Assembly (NCBI GenBank): GCA_034437655.1 | Contig: DAOTTU010000044.1 | Location: 132,093 to 196,092 of the forward strand | Direction: 5' to 3' | Source of the DNA: Anaerolineae bacterium | GTDB lineage: Bacteria > Chloroflexota > Anaerolineae > Aggregatilineales > J027 | Length of the DNA stretch: 64,000 nucleotides | Part shown: positions 1 through 9,368 of the stretch, in pieces | How the letters are laid out: every line of letters starts with the position of its first letter | How positions within the stretch are numbered: the first letter of the stretch is position 1 | Notes under the pieces: model-generated | What the model was told of the DNA's origin: nothing | The model's database searches: none | What the model saw: only the letters and a program-made list of their open reading frames with translations | Made by a program: the position numbers and the translations under genes

Positions 1-110
1 GCGGGGTTTGTAATATTGAACAGCCAAGCTCTGAGGTGCGTCGTATTCAAGATGGTGACGATATTGTGCAGTGTGTTGGGTGTGGTCGTATCATCATCGC
101 ATACATTTAA
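1..110 (+). CDS. 3' end of an unidentified CDS entering from upstream (fragment)
   Basis: Frame 3 is open from the window edge to TAA at 108-110. The tail reads ...DDIVQCVGCGRIIIAYI, a CxxC zinc-ribbon-like half motif. No start lies in the window and the product cannot be assigned. Confidence 0.3.
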   Translation, partial: GVCNIEQPSSEVRRIQDGDDIVQCVGCGRIIIAYI

Positions 111-158
111 AACAACAATCCCCTCTATTGGTTGAGCCTACACAGGAGCTGTAATGCT

Positions 159-2789
159 ATGGGCGTTGATCCGCTTTCGTTTTTGCTAGGATTTGGCAGC
201 GCGTCCGGGTTGTCATATGCAGTTTATCGTAATCGTGAGCGTCTGAGCCGTGTACCAGCAGCGGTACCCTCGGCAGGGTCTATTGCCAATTTGCGCGATT
301 TGTTGCGGCAGTCTGCTGACAAGCGCTATACTATTGAGTTGACCAATTATCTACAAGGCAAACACCTCGGTGGTGAATTGGTTGATCTCACGACCATATT
401 GGTGGAACCTCGTTTACTTACGCTGGTGCCGGCCGCCCGAGAAATTGTAGATGAAAAAGCGACGCCAGCCACGTTCGAATACGTTGTGCCGCGCATCCCT
501 GAATTTCCTGAACTGGTGTCGGCCTACTATATGGAGAATTTGCCGCTTTCGGATATCGCCGCTGGTGACCCGCATGTCATGATCCTTGGCAAAGCTGGGA
601 TTGGCAAAAGCACGGCGCTGGCAACGCTTGCATTGATGGCGCTTGATGCCGTGCAATTTGAAACATTGCAAACGTTGACAGAACAGGCTCTCGCTGAATC
701 TTACAAAGACCTCGATGAAGCGGAACGTCAAGAACGACTTGCTGAACTCAACGATTTTCAGCGACGCATGGTCGAAAAGCTACGCGAAACCGAACAGGAC
801 ATCACCGAAGAAGCCAGGTTCGAACCACCGCCCCCCATGTCATCTTTCTTCCCCATTTATGTTGACATGAGCCTGCTTGACCTTGACTTGAACTTGTATG
901 GCATGAGCGTAGACCCGGCCGAACCTGTGATTCGCGCCTTTCAGCAGACGGTTTCTGTCGTAACAGCCCAAAGTGCGCCCCCGTTGATGTACCAGAAGTT
1001 GAGCGCGGGCAGGGCACTGGTATTGCTGGATGGCTTCGAAGACCTCACTGAAACTGACCAGAAGCGCATGTATCAATGGCTACGCAGCTTCCTCGAACAC
1101 TACGGGCATAATCGCATCGTCATGTCGGGGCCGCTACATGGTTTTCATTCGTTGGAATACCTTGGCTTTACGCCCGTTTATCTCAAACCCTGGGCCCCTG
1201 ACGAAAGCGAAGCCCTTGTCCAGAACTGGATGACCGCCTGGGATGCGCTCGCCAGTGGTGAGCTGTCCCCGCGTACCCGCGGAGACATAGACTTTTCTGC
1301 CATTACAGATGCGACGCGGGGAACCCTTGCGCAAGACATACGCCTGCGGCAGGCATTCGAACTCACATTAAAGACACTCGCCGGATTACAAGGCTACACG
1401 GCATACGACCTGCGGGGATGGTTCGCGCAATATGTCCAACTGATGTTGCCCGATAAGGAACACAGCGGCCCGATTCTGCGTGAAGTTGCAAATCTTATGC
1501 TAGAACGCGATACCGTCTTCCAACGGGAACAAATCACTGAGATCGTCACCAAGCAACTGACACCCAATGAAGAAGAACCACCGCTAGCCAACGTAGACCA
1601 ATTTTCACGACAGTTGCTTGATGGCGGGTTGTTCACCAAAGCGGCAGGCAACACAATGGTCTTTCGGCATCGACTGTTGCGCGACTACTTTGCGGCTGAA
1701 GCAATGATTCACGACATGACACCCCAGCGCATTGCCGAGTTCGGTGCTGAACGCCGCTGGGAATATGTCTTCCGTGTGGCGGCAGGACATGCAGACATCA
1801 CCGGGGCTGTAGGGACAAAGCTATCGTCCTTCACAGATATTTTGCTCTCAAATGTGCTGGCGGTTGCCAATTGGGTATCTTTTGCACCGCAAGATGCAAA
1901 ATGGCGCGAGGAAATTCTCAAGCGTATTACTGCCGTGTTGTTGGCCCCGGCACAATATCGCAGTTTGCGCGAGCGGGCGATGGCCGCACTCATTGCATCA
2001 CATGACCCGAATTTGATTCCGATCTTCAGACAGGCTGTTCGCAGCGGTGATGCAGCCGTGCGTCGGTTAGGGTGTCTTGGTCTGGGGGCACTGAATGCGG
2101 AAAACGCCATTGCTGACCTGCGACCAATGCTGGTTGACGATGAGCGCGATGTTCAAGTGGCCGCCGGCATGGCTCTGGGCGCGATTGGGACCGAAGCCGC
2201 CCTCGAAGTTATGGTGAAGGGGTTGCTTGAAGGTAGCGAAAGCCTGCGGCAGGTGGTCGCGCAGTCATTGGCAGGCATTTCGGTTGATGGGCACAACGTT
2301 TTGCGAGATGCCGCCGAGCATAACGACATCATGGTACGACGTGCGGCTGTGTTCGGGTTGGCGCGTATCCCGGCGAATTGGTCGTTGATTTTGCTGTATA
2401 ACATTATGATCAACGATGGGGAATGGTATGTGCGTACGGCGGCGGAAGATCAATTCATTATCGCACGTAACCCCGAGCGCGAGGGTCCACGGCGGCAACC
2501 GCACGCACACGAAATCCCGTGGTTGTTTAAGTGGGCGCAGAATGTTGGCGTAGAAGAAGTTACCCAACCAGAACAGGTACAAGACCTGCTGATACAAGTC
2601 CTGCGCGACAAACGTCCCCAATTACGAATGCTGGCTGCACAAACCATCGGGCGTATTGGGCTGGTTAAGGGCATCAAAGCATTGTATGCGATGCTCATGG
2701 ACGCTGAACCGAGGGTGCGCAGCGCTGCTTATGAATCCCTGAGTCTCTTGGAGATGCGTACTAATCAGGATTTGCCCGGTACGCTTTAA
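159..2789 (+). CDS. STAND (NACHT-like) P-loop NTPase with C-terminal HEAT-like repeats
   Basis: The ORF track gives 132-2789, but codon 132 is TTG and the first ATG is at 159. Walker A is ILGKAGIGKST and Walker B is ALVLLDGFEDL. The C-terminal third carries at least 6 PBS-lyase/HEAT-like repeats (AVRRLGCLGLGAL, VQVAAGMALGAIGT, VRRAAVFGLARI, LRMLAAQTIGRIG, VRSAAYESL). Confidence 0.8.
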   Translation: MGVDPLSFLLGFGSASGLSYAVYRNRERLSRVPAAVPSAGSIANLRDLLRQSADKRYTIELTNYLQGKHLGGELVDLTTILVEPRLLTLVPAAREIVDEKATPATFEYVVPRIPEFPELVSAYYMENLPLSDIAAGDPHVMILGKAGIGKSTALATLALMALDAVQFETLQTLTEQALAESYKDLDEAERQERLAELNDFQRRMVEKLRETEQDITEEARFEPPPPMSSFFPIYVDMSLLDLDLNLYGMSVDPAEPVIRAFQQTVSVVTAQSAPPLMYQKLSAGRALVLLDGFEDLTETDQKRMYQWLRSFLEHYGHNRIVMSGPLHGFHSLEYLGFTPVYLKPWAPDESEALVQNWMTAWDALASGELSPRTRGDIDFSAITDATRGTLAQDIRLRQAFELTLKTLAGLQGYTAYDLRGWFAQYVQLMLPDKEHSGPILREVANLMLERDTVFQREQITEIVTKQLTPNEEEPPLANVDQFSRQLLDGGLFTKAAGNTMVFRHRLLRDYFAAEAMIHDMTPQRIAEFGAERRWEYVFRVAAGHADITGAVGTKLSSFTDILLSNVLAVANWVSFAPQDAKWREEILKRITAVLLAPAQYRSLRERAMAALIASHDPNLIPIFRQAVRSGDAAVRRLGCLGLGALNAENAIADLRPMLVDDERDVQVAAGMALGAIGTEAALEVMVKGLLEGSESLRQVVAQSLAGISVDGHNVLRDAAEHNDIMVRRAAVFGLARIPANWSLILLYNIMINDGEWYVRTAAEDQFIIARNPEREGPRRQPHAHEIPWLFKWAQNVGVEEVTQPEQVQDLLIQVLRDKRPQLRMLAAQTIGRIGLVKGIKALYAMLMDAEPRVRSAAYESLSLLEMRTNQDLPGTL

Positions 2790-2878
2790 GCTGTACAGTG
2801 ACCGTTTTACTATTGTTGCTGCCTGGCGTGTTCGCACCCGGCCAGACATGGTACAATCAAAGCTCTGGAGGAAAACGA

Positions 2879-3352
2879 ATGTCGCGTGTAACCGACCCCA
2901 TTGCAAAACACCGCCGTGATGTTTGGTTGTACATGGTGTTGCCTGTTGTTGGTGTTGGCGCACTGATCCTGCTGATGCTGGTGGGGATGTTTACCCTGGC
3001 CGTTGCCGGCACATGGAGCGCCCAGCAAATTGAGACTGTTGCCAGCGTTTTGATGATTGTTTGCATTTTGACGCCGCTGGTCGTCATGATGTTGGGGCTT
3101 AATGCAGTCGTGGTCGTAGTTGCCGTTGGGGCGGGCAAAGTACCAGCGGTCTTGCAACCCTGGCTGGAAACAGGGCGGCAATATGTCGAAAAGGCAGCTA
3201 ACCTGGTGCAACGTGTGAGCAATACCTCGGCTCGACCGTTTATTGCCTTCACAGCACGCTGGACACGCTGGGAGAATTTTGTGCGCGGCATTTTTCGGAC
3301 GACACCATCACAAGCGAATTCCGCTGAAGAAAGGTCAACAGTAGATGAGTAA
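2879..3352 (+). CDS. hypothetical polytopic membrane protein
   Basis: Start chosen at ATG 2879, preceded by GGAGG (2867-2871), rather than the track start 2798. There are three long hydrophobic segments (LYMVLPVVGVGALILLMLVGMFTLAVAG, VASVLMIVCILTPLVVMMLGLNAVVVVVAVG). No family recognised. Confidence 0.6.
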   Translation: MSRVTDPIAKHRRDVWLYMVLPVVGVGALILLMLVGMFTLAVAGTWSAQQIETVASVLMIVCILTPLVVMMLGLNAVVVVVAVGAGKVPAVLQPWLETGRQYVEKAANLVQRVSNTSARPFIAFTARWTRWENFVRGIFRTTPSQANSAEERSTVDE

Positions 3353-3575
3353 GCGTAACGACAACTGGAAGACGCAAACGTATATTCGTGGTAGCCTCAT
3401 CGGGTTAATTGTAGGCATCATTGCGTCGTATCTGTACACACGTGCGGCCGAAGAACACCAGTTGATGGACGGCAAAAATGAATTGACACCGATTGGAGCC
3501 TCTGACATGGTTAAAATCAGTCTTTCAATTCTGGCCCTTGTACGTCAAATTACTGAGCTAGGTAGCTCAAAATAG
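3345..3575 (+). CDS. small single-pass membrane protein, hypothetical
   Basis: The ATG overlaps the upstream stop by 8 nt (ATGAGTAA), indicating translational coupling. It has one TM segment (GSLIGLIVGIIASYLY). Confidence 0.5.
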   Translation: MSKRNDNWKTQTYIRGSLIGLIVGIIASYLYTRAAEEHQLMDGKNELTPIGASDMVKISLSILALVRQITELGSSK

Positions 3576-3616
3576 GGACGCAACGCGTCCTTAGATAGCC
3601 TTGCAGGGCGCATCCT

Positions 3617-4762
3617 ATGTGGCGCTTATACTGGGCTGGCCGCCTGATTGTTTTGTTTATAGTGGTCGGTGTATGGGCGCTACCAATGCCACAGTTTCGC
3701 TTGCTTTCTCCAGATGCGCCGACTCGTACTGTCACCCTCGACCCACCGCAGACCGTCCAAACCAATGACCCCCGTTTGTGTGTGCATACCCGTCTCACCG
3801 ATGAAGTTGAAGAATGGAAAATCCAGGAAACGCTACGCATGGTGCGTGAAATGGGGGCTCCTACAATTGTTGAGTTTTTCCCGTGGGCATATGTCGAACG
3901 CGACGAAGGTGTTTATGACTGGTCTCACCCCGACCGCATCATCAAGCACATTGAAAACCAGGGACTAGAAGTCATTGCGCGGTTGGGGTTGGTGCCGCCG
4001 TGGGTTAATGAAGACAGTACCGACGTTATTGCAACGCTGAATTTGCTGCCACGTGAGGACTTTGATTTATTCGCTGAATTCGTAGGCGCGTTTGCTGAGC
4101 GCTATGCCGGCCGTGTCAATTACATCACTGTCTGGAACGAACCCAACCTCGACTTTGAGTGGGGCAACCGTCCTACCGACCCCGAAGCCTATGTTGAACT
4201 CTTGCGCCTGAGTTACGAAGCCGCCAAAGCCGCTAACCCGGACATGATTGTGTTAAATGGTGCGCTAGCCCCCACCAACGCCAGCCCAGATGCGAATGGT
4301 GGTGCCTGGAATGACCTTGACTTCTGGCGGCGTATGTATGAAGCGGGTGTCGCGGATTATTTCGACGCGGTGGCTTTTCATAATTACCCTTTCGCTGAGC
4401 CGCCACAGGCTGAACCATCGTCTGACGTTCTCAATTTCCGGCGTATGGAATTGTGGCTGGATATCATGGCTGACTATGACGACGGTGACAAGCATATCTA
4501 TATCACCGAAACAGGCTGGAACGACCACCCACGCTTTCGAGACGCCGTTTCACCTGCGGAACGGATTAACTACACACTGGATATGTACCGCTATACAGCC
4601 GAAAACTATCCGAACGTACAGGCCGTGTGCATCTGGAAATTCAGGCTCCCGGCCCCCACCAACCGCTACCCGGATTATTTCACGTTGGTCACGCCCGAAT
4701 TTGAACCCAAGCCCATCTACAACGCACTGCAAGCCTATGCACACGGCACGGAGGACGAGTAA
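3617..4762 (+). CDS. glycoside hydrolase, clan GH-A (GH5/cellulase-like TIM barrel), N-terminal signal anchor
   Basis: The acid/base motif is VWNEPN and the nucleophile motif is YITETGW. There is an N-terminal hydrophobic segment. The exact GH family was not determined. Confidence 0.7.
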   Translation: MWRLYWAGRLIVLFIVVGVWALPMPQFRLLSPDAPTRTVTLDPPQTVQTNDPRLCVHTRLTDEVEEWKIQETLRMVREMGAPTIVEFFPWAYVERDEGVYDWSHPDRIIKHIENQGLEVIARLGLVPPWVNEDSTDVIATLNLLPREDFDLFAEFVGAFAERYAGRVNYITVWNEPNLDFEWGNRPTDPEAYVELLRLSYEAAKAANPDMIVLNGALAPTNASPDANGGAWNDLDFWRRMYEAGVADYFDAVAFHNYPFAEPPQAEPSSDVLNFRRMELWLDIMADYDDGDKHIYITETGWNDHPRFRDAVSPAERINYTLDMYRYTAENYPNVQAVCIWKFRLPAPTNRYPDYFTLVTPEFEPKPIYNALQAYAHGTEDE

Positions 4763-5568
4763 TGCTACACTCGCGCCAATTATTAATCTGGGGTGCTGCT
4801 GTGGTCATCATCGGTTCGCTGTTGCTGGTGGTTGTGGCGCTTGGTGGTGAAGGTACAGCCGCTGAGGATACGACCTGGGAGCATATTCAAACCCAACAAG
4901 TGCTTGTTGTTGGCATAGACATTGCGTTTCCCCCCTTCGGGCTTGTGGAAGACAACCAGATACAGGGCATTGACGCTGACCTGGCGCGGGCACTGGTGGA
5001 AGAACTTGGCATGGCAGTGCGCTTCGTGCCGGTGAATTTCGATGGTATGTGGGATACCTTGCGGACGGGGCAGGTAGACATTCTCATTGCAGCGGTGCGC
5101 CCGGACCCCAATCAAGTAGCCGTTGTACGCTATACCTCACCATATTTTGATGCAGGGTATGTGTTAGTTGGGCGCGGCCAGCTACCGCTCAGTTTGACAG
5201 CTATACCGGATGACACAACGCTTGCGGTTATCCCTGGTTCGCACGGAGATTTGACTGTGCGGGAGATATTGGAAACTGAACAAGCCACTTTTCAAATTGA
5301 ACGGTTGGCGGCTGTCAATGATGTAACAGCGGCTGTGGCTTCGGGAGAGGTTGAACTGGCGCTGCTAGATGCAGTCAGTGCGTTTGACGCCCAGCGACGA
5401 CACCCACTTTTGCAGGTCGCCACTGAGCGTTTTTCTCATGATCCGCACGTTATCGCGGTTCGTCGTTCAGACTGGAAGCTCCACCATGAAATAGAGGCGA
5501 TACTGTATCGCTGGCGGCGTGACGGCACGCTGGACGAAATCCTGGCGCGGTGGTTGTCGCCCGATTAG
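4762..5568 (+). CDS. ABC transporter substrate-binding protein, family 3 (polar amino-acid type)
   Basis: The start overlaps the previous stop (TAATG). It has a signal anchor, then VVGIDIAFPPFG ... VDILIAAV ... YFDAGYVLV, as in SBP_bac_3 proteins. Confidence 0.7.
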   Translation: MLHSRQLLIWGAAVVIIGSLLLVVVALGGEGTAAEDTTWEHIQTQQVLVVGIDIAFPPFGLVEDNQIQGIDADLARALVEELGMAVRFVPVNFDGMWDTLRTGQVDILIAAVRPDPNQVAVVRYTSPYFDAGYVLVGRGQLPLSLTAIPDDTTLAVIPGSHGDLTVREILETEQATFQIERLAAVNDVTAAVASGEVELALLDAVSAFDAQRRHPLLQVATERFSHDPHVIAVRRSDWKLHHEIEAILYRWRRDGTLDEILARWLSPD

Positions 5569-6581
5569 CTTTGCAGGTCACCAACAGCTTCTAGCAGTAA
5601 CTGTTCAGCGGTGCGGTCAAGTTCACATTGGTCGATTGGCTGCCATGTCCAGTCTTCTGGCAGATGTTGTATCGGCTGCTCGGGTTGCAGGATGTAAATA
5701 TGGTTGCGCAGAATCGTTCCATCAGGCCGACGCGCATTTTCCATCATCTGGGGTGCTTCGAAGCTAATGTCTACAATACGCTTGTCAGCATTGGCGCGGG
5801 TCGGTAGGAAATCGACGGTAAAGTGTCGGCCAAGGAAATCGCGCAGCGCGGCAAACGGCATCTGGTCGGTGGTGACGTCGACATAGGGTAATGCATCATT
5901 GTGACGTAGAAGGTGTCCGCGTTGCGGGATGATAACCGTAGCCCGACAATGCAACATGTCTGGCGACCAACCGAGCGTATTCAATCCAGTCCCACGATGC
6001 GTCTTAGCACGTTCCCGGTCAATAATTTCGCGGGTGCGGGTAACGCTTTCGTCCAGTTCGCCATCACGGTTCACAATGACATAATCGTAGTGATTCCTGA
6101 AGTCCATCTCGAATTCGGCACGTCGCATCCGGGTGCGTAGTTCAAGCTCTGTTTTGACGTCATCTCGTTCACGCAAACGGCGTTCGATGGTAGCCATGTC
6201 GGGCGGCTCAATGAAAATCAGCATGATGTAATCGCCAAATTCTTCTTTGAGCGCCATTGCTCCCAATACATCGACATCGGCAACTGCGATCTTACCAGAA
6301 CGGATAAGGGTCTGCACAGTGGCCCGTGGGACGCCATAAACGCCCTTGTCGTGGATAATCTGCCACTCAATTAATTCCTGGTTGATGATGCGCTGACGAA
6401 ACTCGTCTTCTGAAATGAATTCATGTTCACGGCCTTCGCGCTCATAGTCACGACGGGGGCGAGTGGTGGCGGTGGGTAACTGCTGGAGCTGCTCATCATT
6501 GTCGATAACGGCATGCATGATGGTGTTCTTTCCGGCACCGGATGGCCCCGAAAAGATAAATAGAAGCCCTTCTGCTTGCAT
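5565..6581 (-). CDS. gmk: guanylate kinase fused to a ~150-aa C-terminal domain of unknown function
   Basis: The N-terminal ~190 aa carry FSGPSGAGKNT (P-loop), TTRPRRDYEREGREHEFIS and EWQIIHDKGVYGV, which together form a guanylate kinase signature. Residues ~190-338 have no motif I recognise. The 3' end overlaps the convergent gene by 4 nt. Confidence 0.8.
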   Translation of the reverse strand: MQAEGLLFIFSGPSGAGKNTIMHAVIDNDEQLQQLPTATTRPRRDYEREGREHEFISEDEFRQRIINQELIEWQIIHDKGVYGVPRATVQTLIRSGKIAVADVDVLGAMALKEEFGDYIMLIFIEPPDMATIERRLRERDDVKTELELRTRMRRAEFEMDFRNHYDYVIVNRDGELDESVTRTREIIDRERAKTHRGTGLNTLGWSPDMLHCRATVIIPQRGHLLRHNDALPYVDVTTDQMPFAALRDFLGRHFTVDFLPTRANADKRIVDISFEAPQMMENARRPDGTILRNHIYILQPEQPIQHLPEDWTWQPIDQCELDRTAEQLLLEAVGDLQS

Positions 6582-6701
6582 CGCTTTTCCAGACTACTTG
6601 GCTAGGATCGGATTAAATCATTTTACCAGACGGATGACGAACAGGGCTTAAATTTCTTGTGAATATTGTCGCAACTTTTGCATTTAACGGACCATTGACG
6701 C

Positions 6702-7370
6702 TTACGGGTCGCCAGCGTCGTCAACTTGTTTCTGAAAACGTTCTTTTAACCATCCGGGCAAGAGTGAAAGGGCCGCTGCACGCGCCAGCAATATCTCGTC
6801 GTCGGGGTGGTGTACAAGATGAAACACATCGCGCACACTTACCGCGTCCGGGTCACTTTCTAATTGTGCAATGGGGTTGCCCGCCTCAATAAGTCCTTCT
6901 TCAAGCACGCGCAGATAGAAGCCGCACCGTTCTTCGGCTGCAAAGACCTTCGGAAAGCCTGAATCACCCATCTTAATGCCGAGTTTAAAGCATGGAATGC
7001 GCGGTTGTGTCACCTGGACAACAGCTTTGCCAATACGATACACATCACCGATGAACATATCATCTTCCAATAGACCGACGGTGGTCAAATTTTCGCCGAA
7101 CTGGCCGAAGGTGAAGTCTTCGCGACCAAGGTGCTGTTGCCAGAATGTGTAATGTTCATGCGGATAGCCATAGACCGCTTTGTGTTCGCCGCCATGATTA
7201 CGCAGGTCTGCTTGGCCGTCACCATCCAGGTTCAGTTTGCGAAGCATCACGGGGCCGCTGACGGGCGTCTTGAAGATACCTGTGCGTACTGTCTTGCCGT
7301 TGTGTTGGACCTCCTGCGGCATAGACACGCTGACAGCGAGGAGTTGTGTGGTAGTCATGGGCTGCTGCAC
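6702..7370 (-). CDS. MOSC domain-containing protein (YiiM-like)
   Basis: GENLTTVGLLEDDMFIGDVYRIGKAVVQVTQPRIPCFKLG is the characteristic MOSC core with the conserved Cys. Confidence 0.8.
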   Translation of the reverse strand: MQQPMTTTQLLAVSVSMPQEVQHNGKTVRTGIFKTPVSGPVMLRKLNLDGDGQADLRNHGGEHKAVYGYPHEHYTFWQQHLGREDFTFGQFGENLTTVGLLEDDMFIGDVYRIGKAVVQVTQPRIPCFKLGIKMGDSGFPKVFAAEERCGFYLRVLEEGLIEAGNPIAQLESDPDAVSVRDVFHLVHHPDDEILLARAAALSLLPGWLKERFQKQVDDAGDP

Positions 7371-7374
7371 TTTC

Positions 7375-7413
7375 TAAAAAAGGTGGATGTCACTGTTCAG
7401 TGTACACCCACCC
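7375..7413 (-). terminator. rho-independent terminator downstream of aspS
   Basis: The minus strand reads GGUGGGUGU-loop-ACAUCCACC followed by UUUUUU (plus-strand A run 7376-7381). It lies between the aspS stop and the MOSC start. Confidence 0.6.
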
Positions 7414-7420
7414 GGTGTTG

Positions 7421-9220
7421 CTATGCATCTTCTGTGTTTTCGGCCAGCGCAATATGTAGTTCTTCGACTTGTTCTGGGAAAACCACTGAAGGCGCACCGG
7501 CCATGAGGTCTGCGGCGTTGTTGTTTTTGGGGAAGGCGATCACTTCGCGGATATTAGGTTCGCCTGCCAGGATCATCACCAGACGGTCGAGCCCGGCTGC
7601 AATACCACCGTGCGGCGGGGTACCATACTCAAAGGCTTCGAGCATATGCCCGAACTTTTGCTGAGCGTCTTCGACATCTAGCCCGATGAGCCCAAAAATC
7701 TTCTCCTGTACATCGCGCTGATGAATACGAATGCTGCCGCCTGCGACTTCATAGCCGTTGCAGCCGAGGTCGTATTGTAAGCCACGGGCTTTGCCGGGGT
7801 CGGTTTCCAGTAGTGGAATGTCTTCTTCGTACGGAGAGGTGAACAGGTGGTGCGATGGATCCCAGCGTTCTTCATCGGGGTTCCATTCGAACAGCGGAAA
7901 GTCGATGATCCAGGTAAAGGCAATCTGATTGGGGTCGGCCAGTTCGAGTGTTTTGGCGAGGTAACGCCGCAATGCATCAACCACTTCGTAGACAACCATC
8001 CGCTCATCCGAAATAAATAGCAAGAGATCGCCCGGTTCTGCACCAACCGCGTCAAACAGCTCTAATTTCAAGTCGTTGGGGAAAAACTTGCCAATCGGCC
8101 CGCGAACTTCACCGTCTTCTTCGGTTGGGATAGCCATATATGCTAAACCTTTGGCACCGTTGGCTTTCGCGAGGTCTTCAAGTTCTTTATGCATCTTTTT
8201 GATCTGACTGTTGCTCTGCCCGCCCTGTTCCGGTACACGAATGCACTTAACGGGTTTGCCTGCTTCCACATTCCCGGTAAACACCGAGAAACCGCTGCGC
8301 CCGGCAATCTCAGAAACGTCCACTGCTTGCAGCTCATAGCGCAGGTCGGGTTTATCTGACCCATAGTTTTCCAACGCTTCATGGTGTGACATCCGCCGGA
8401 AGGGTTTTGTCACCAGTTCAAGGTCAGTGAGGTCGTCAACAATCGCGGTGAACATCTCCTCAATCAGGCTCAAGATGTCCTCGCGCTCGACGAAGCTGAG
8501 TTCCATATCCAGTTGGGTAAACTCTGGTTGGCGGTCGCCGCGCTGGTCTTCGTCACGGAAGCAGCGTGCAATCTGGAAATAGCGTTCATAGCCTGCAACC
8601 ATCAACATCTGTTTCAGTTGTTGGGGGCTCTGCGGCAACGCATAAAAATGCCCGGGATGCACACGGCTTGGCACCAGATAGTCGCGTGCGCCTTCGGGGG
8701 TAGTCTTGAACAAAATTGGCGTTTCGACTTCAACAAAGCCACGGTCGCTCAAATAGTTACGGATGAAGCGAATGACATTGTGGCGCAAAACGATGTTGCG
8801 TTGCATCCGCTGGCGGCGTAAATCTAGATAGCGGTATTTCATGCGCAGCGCTTCGTCGAGGGTTTCTTCTTCTTTGTTGATGTAAAAGGGTGGTACTTTG
8901 GCCTGATTCAGTACCTTCAGGCCCGTAACCTCGACCTCAATTTCGCCTGTCGAAAGATCAGGATTAATCATGTTTTCGGGGCGCTTGCGGACGATACCAG
9001 TGATCTGCAACACCCACTCGTTGCGGATGTCTTTGGCGTTGGTATGGACGTCTGGCGCACTTTCTTCATTGATGACGAGTTGCGCAATCCCATCGCGGTC
9101 ACGCAGGTCAATGAAGATCAATCCACCCTGGTCGCGGCGACGGTGTACCCACCCGGCCAGTGTGACTTCGTGTGTATCATGCTCGGCGCGTAGGGCCCCA
9201 CATGCGTGTGTTTTCAGCAT
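7421..9220 (-). CDS. aspS: aspartate--tRNA ligase
   Basis: Full-length bacterial-type AspRS features: WVHRRRDQGGLIFIDLRDRDG, FYALPQSPQQLKQ, RCFRDEDQRGDRQPEFTQLD, GGIAAGLDRLVM. Start set at ATG 9220, which has GAAGGAG 7 nt upstream. The track start 9235 is a TTG lying inside that RBS. Confidence 0.95.
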   Translation of the reverse strand: MLKTHACGALRAEHDTHEVTLAGWVHRRRDQGGLIFIDLRDRDGIAQLVINEESAPDVHTNAKDIRNEWVLQITGIVRKRPENMINPDLSTGEIEVEVTGLKVLNQAKVPPFYINKEEETLDEALRMKYRYLDLRRQRMQRNIVLRHNVIRFIRNYLSDRGFVEVETPILFKTTPEGARDYLVPSRVHPGHFYALPQSPQQLKQMLMVAGYERYFQIARCFRDEDQRGDRQPEFTQLDMELSFVEREDILSLIEEMFTAIVDDLTDLELVTKPFRRMSHHEALENYGSDKPDLRYELQAVDVSEIAGRSGFSVFTGNVEAGKPVKCIRVPEQGGQSNSQIKKMHKELEDLAKANGAKGLAYMAIPTEEDGEVRGPIGKFFPNDLKLELFDAVGAEPGDLLLFISDERMVVYEVVDALRRYLAKTLELADPNQIAFTWIIDFPLFEWNPDEERWDPSHHLFTSPYEEDIPLLETDPGKARGLQYDLGCNGYEVAGGSIRIHQRDVQEKIFGLIGLDVEDAQQKFGHMLEAFEYGTPPHGGIAAGLDRLVMILAGEPNIREVIAFPKNNNAADLMAGAPSVVFPEQVEELHIALAENTEDA

Positions 9221-9310
9221 AAGAATCTCCTTCAAGTACCGCTGCTAAAGCGGATAATGAACGCAGTGGAGCGTACCATGCTCGGTTGGTCGGTCGCAAG
9301 CACCAACCCA

Positions 9311-9341
9311 AATACAAAACGCCCGCTCATTGGCAGGCGTT
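9311..9341 (-). terminator. rho-independent terminator downstream of the 9369-10184 gene
   Basis: The minus strand reads AACGCC-12 nt loop-GGCGUU followed by UUUGUAUUU. Confidence 0.55.
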
Positions 9342-9368
9342 CCATGTTATGGGGTGTGGCAAATGTGT

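Noticed and set aside
132-158. The track start (TTG at 132) for the STAND NTPase, and similar TTG or GTG track starts at 9235, 52399 and 61550.
   Set aside because: An in-frame ATG with a better or equal RBS context lies a few codons downstream in each case, and conserved domains begin after those ATGs. The exact starts remain unverified.
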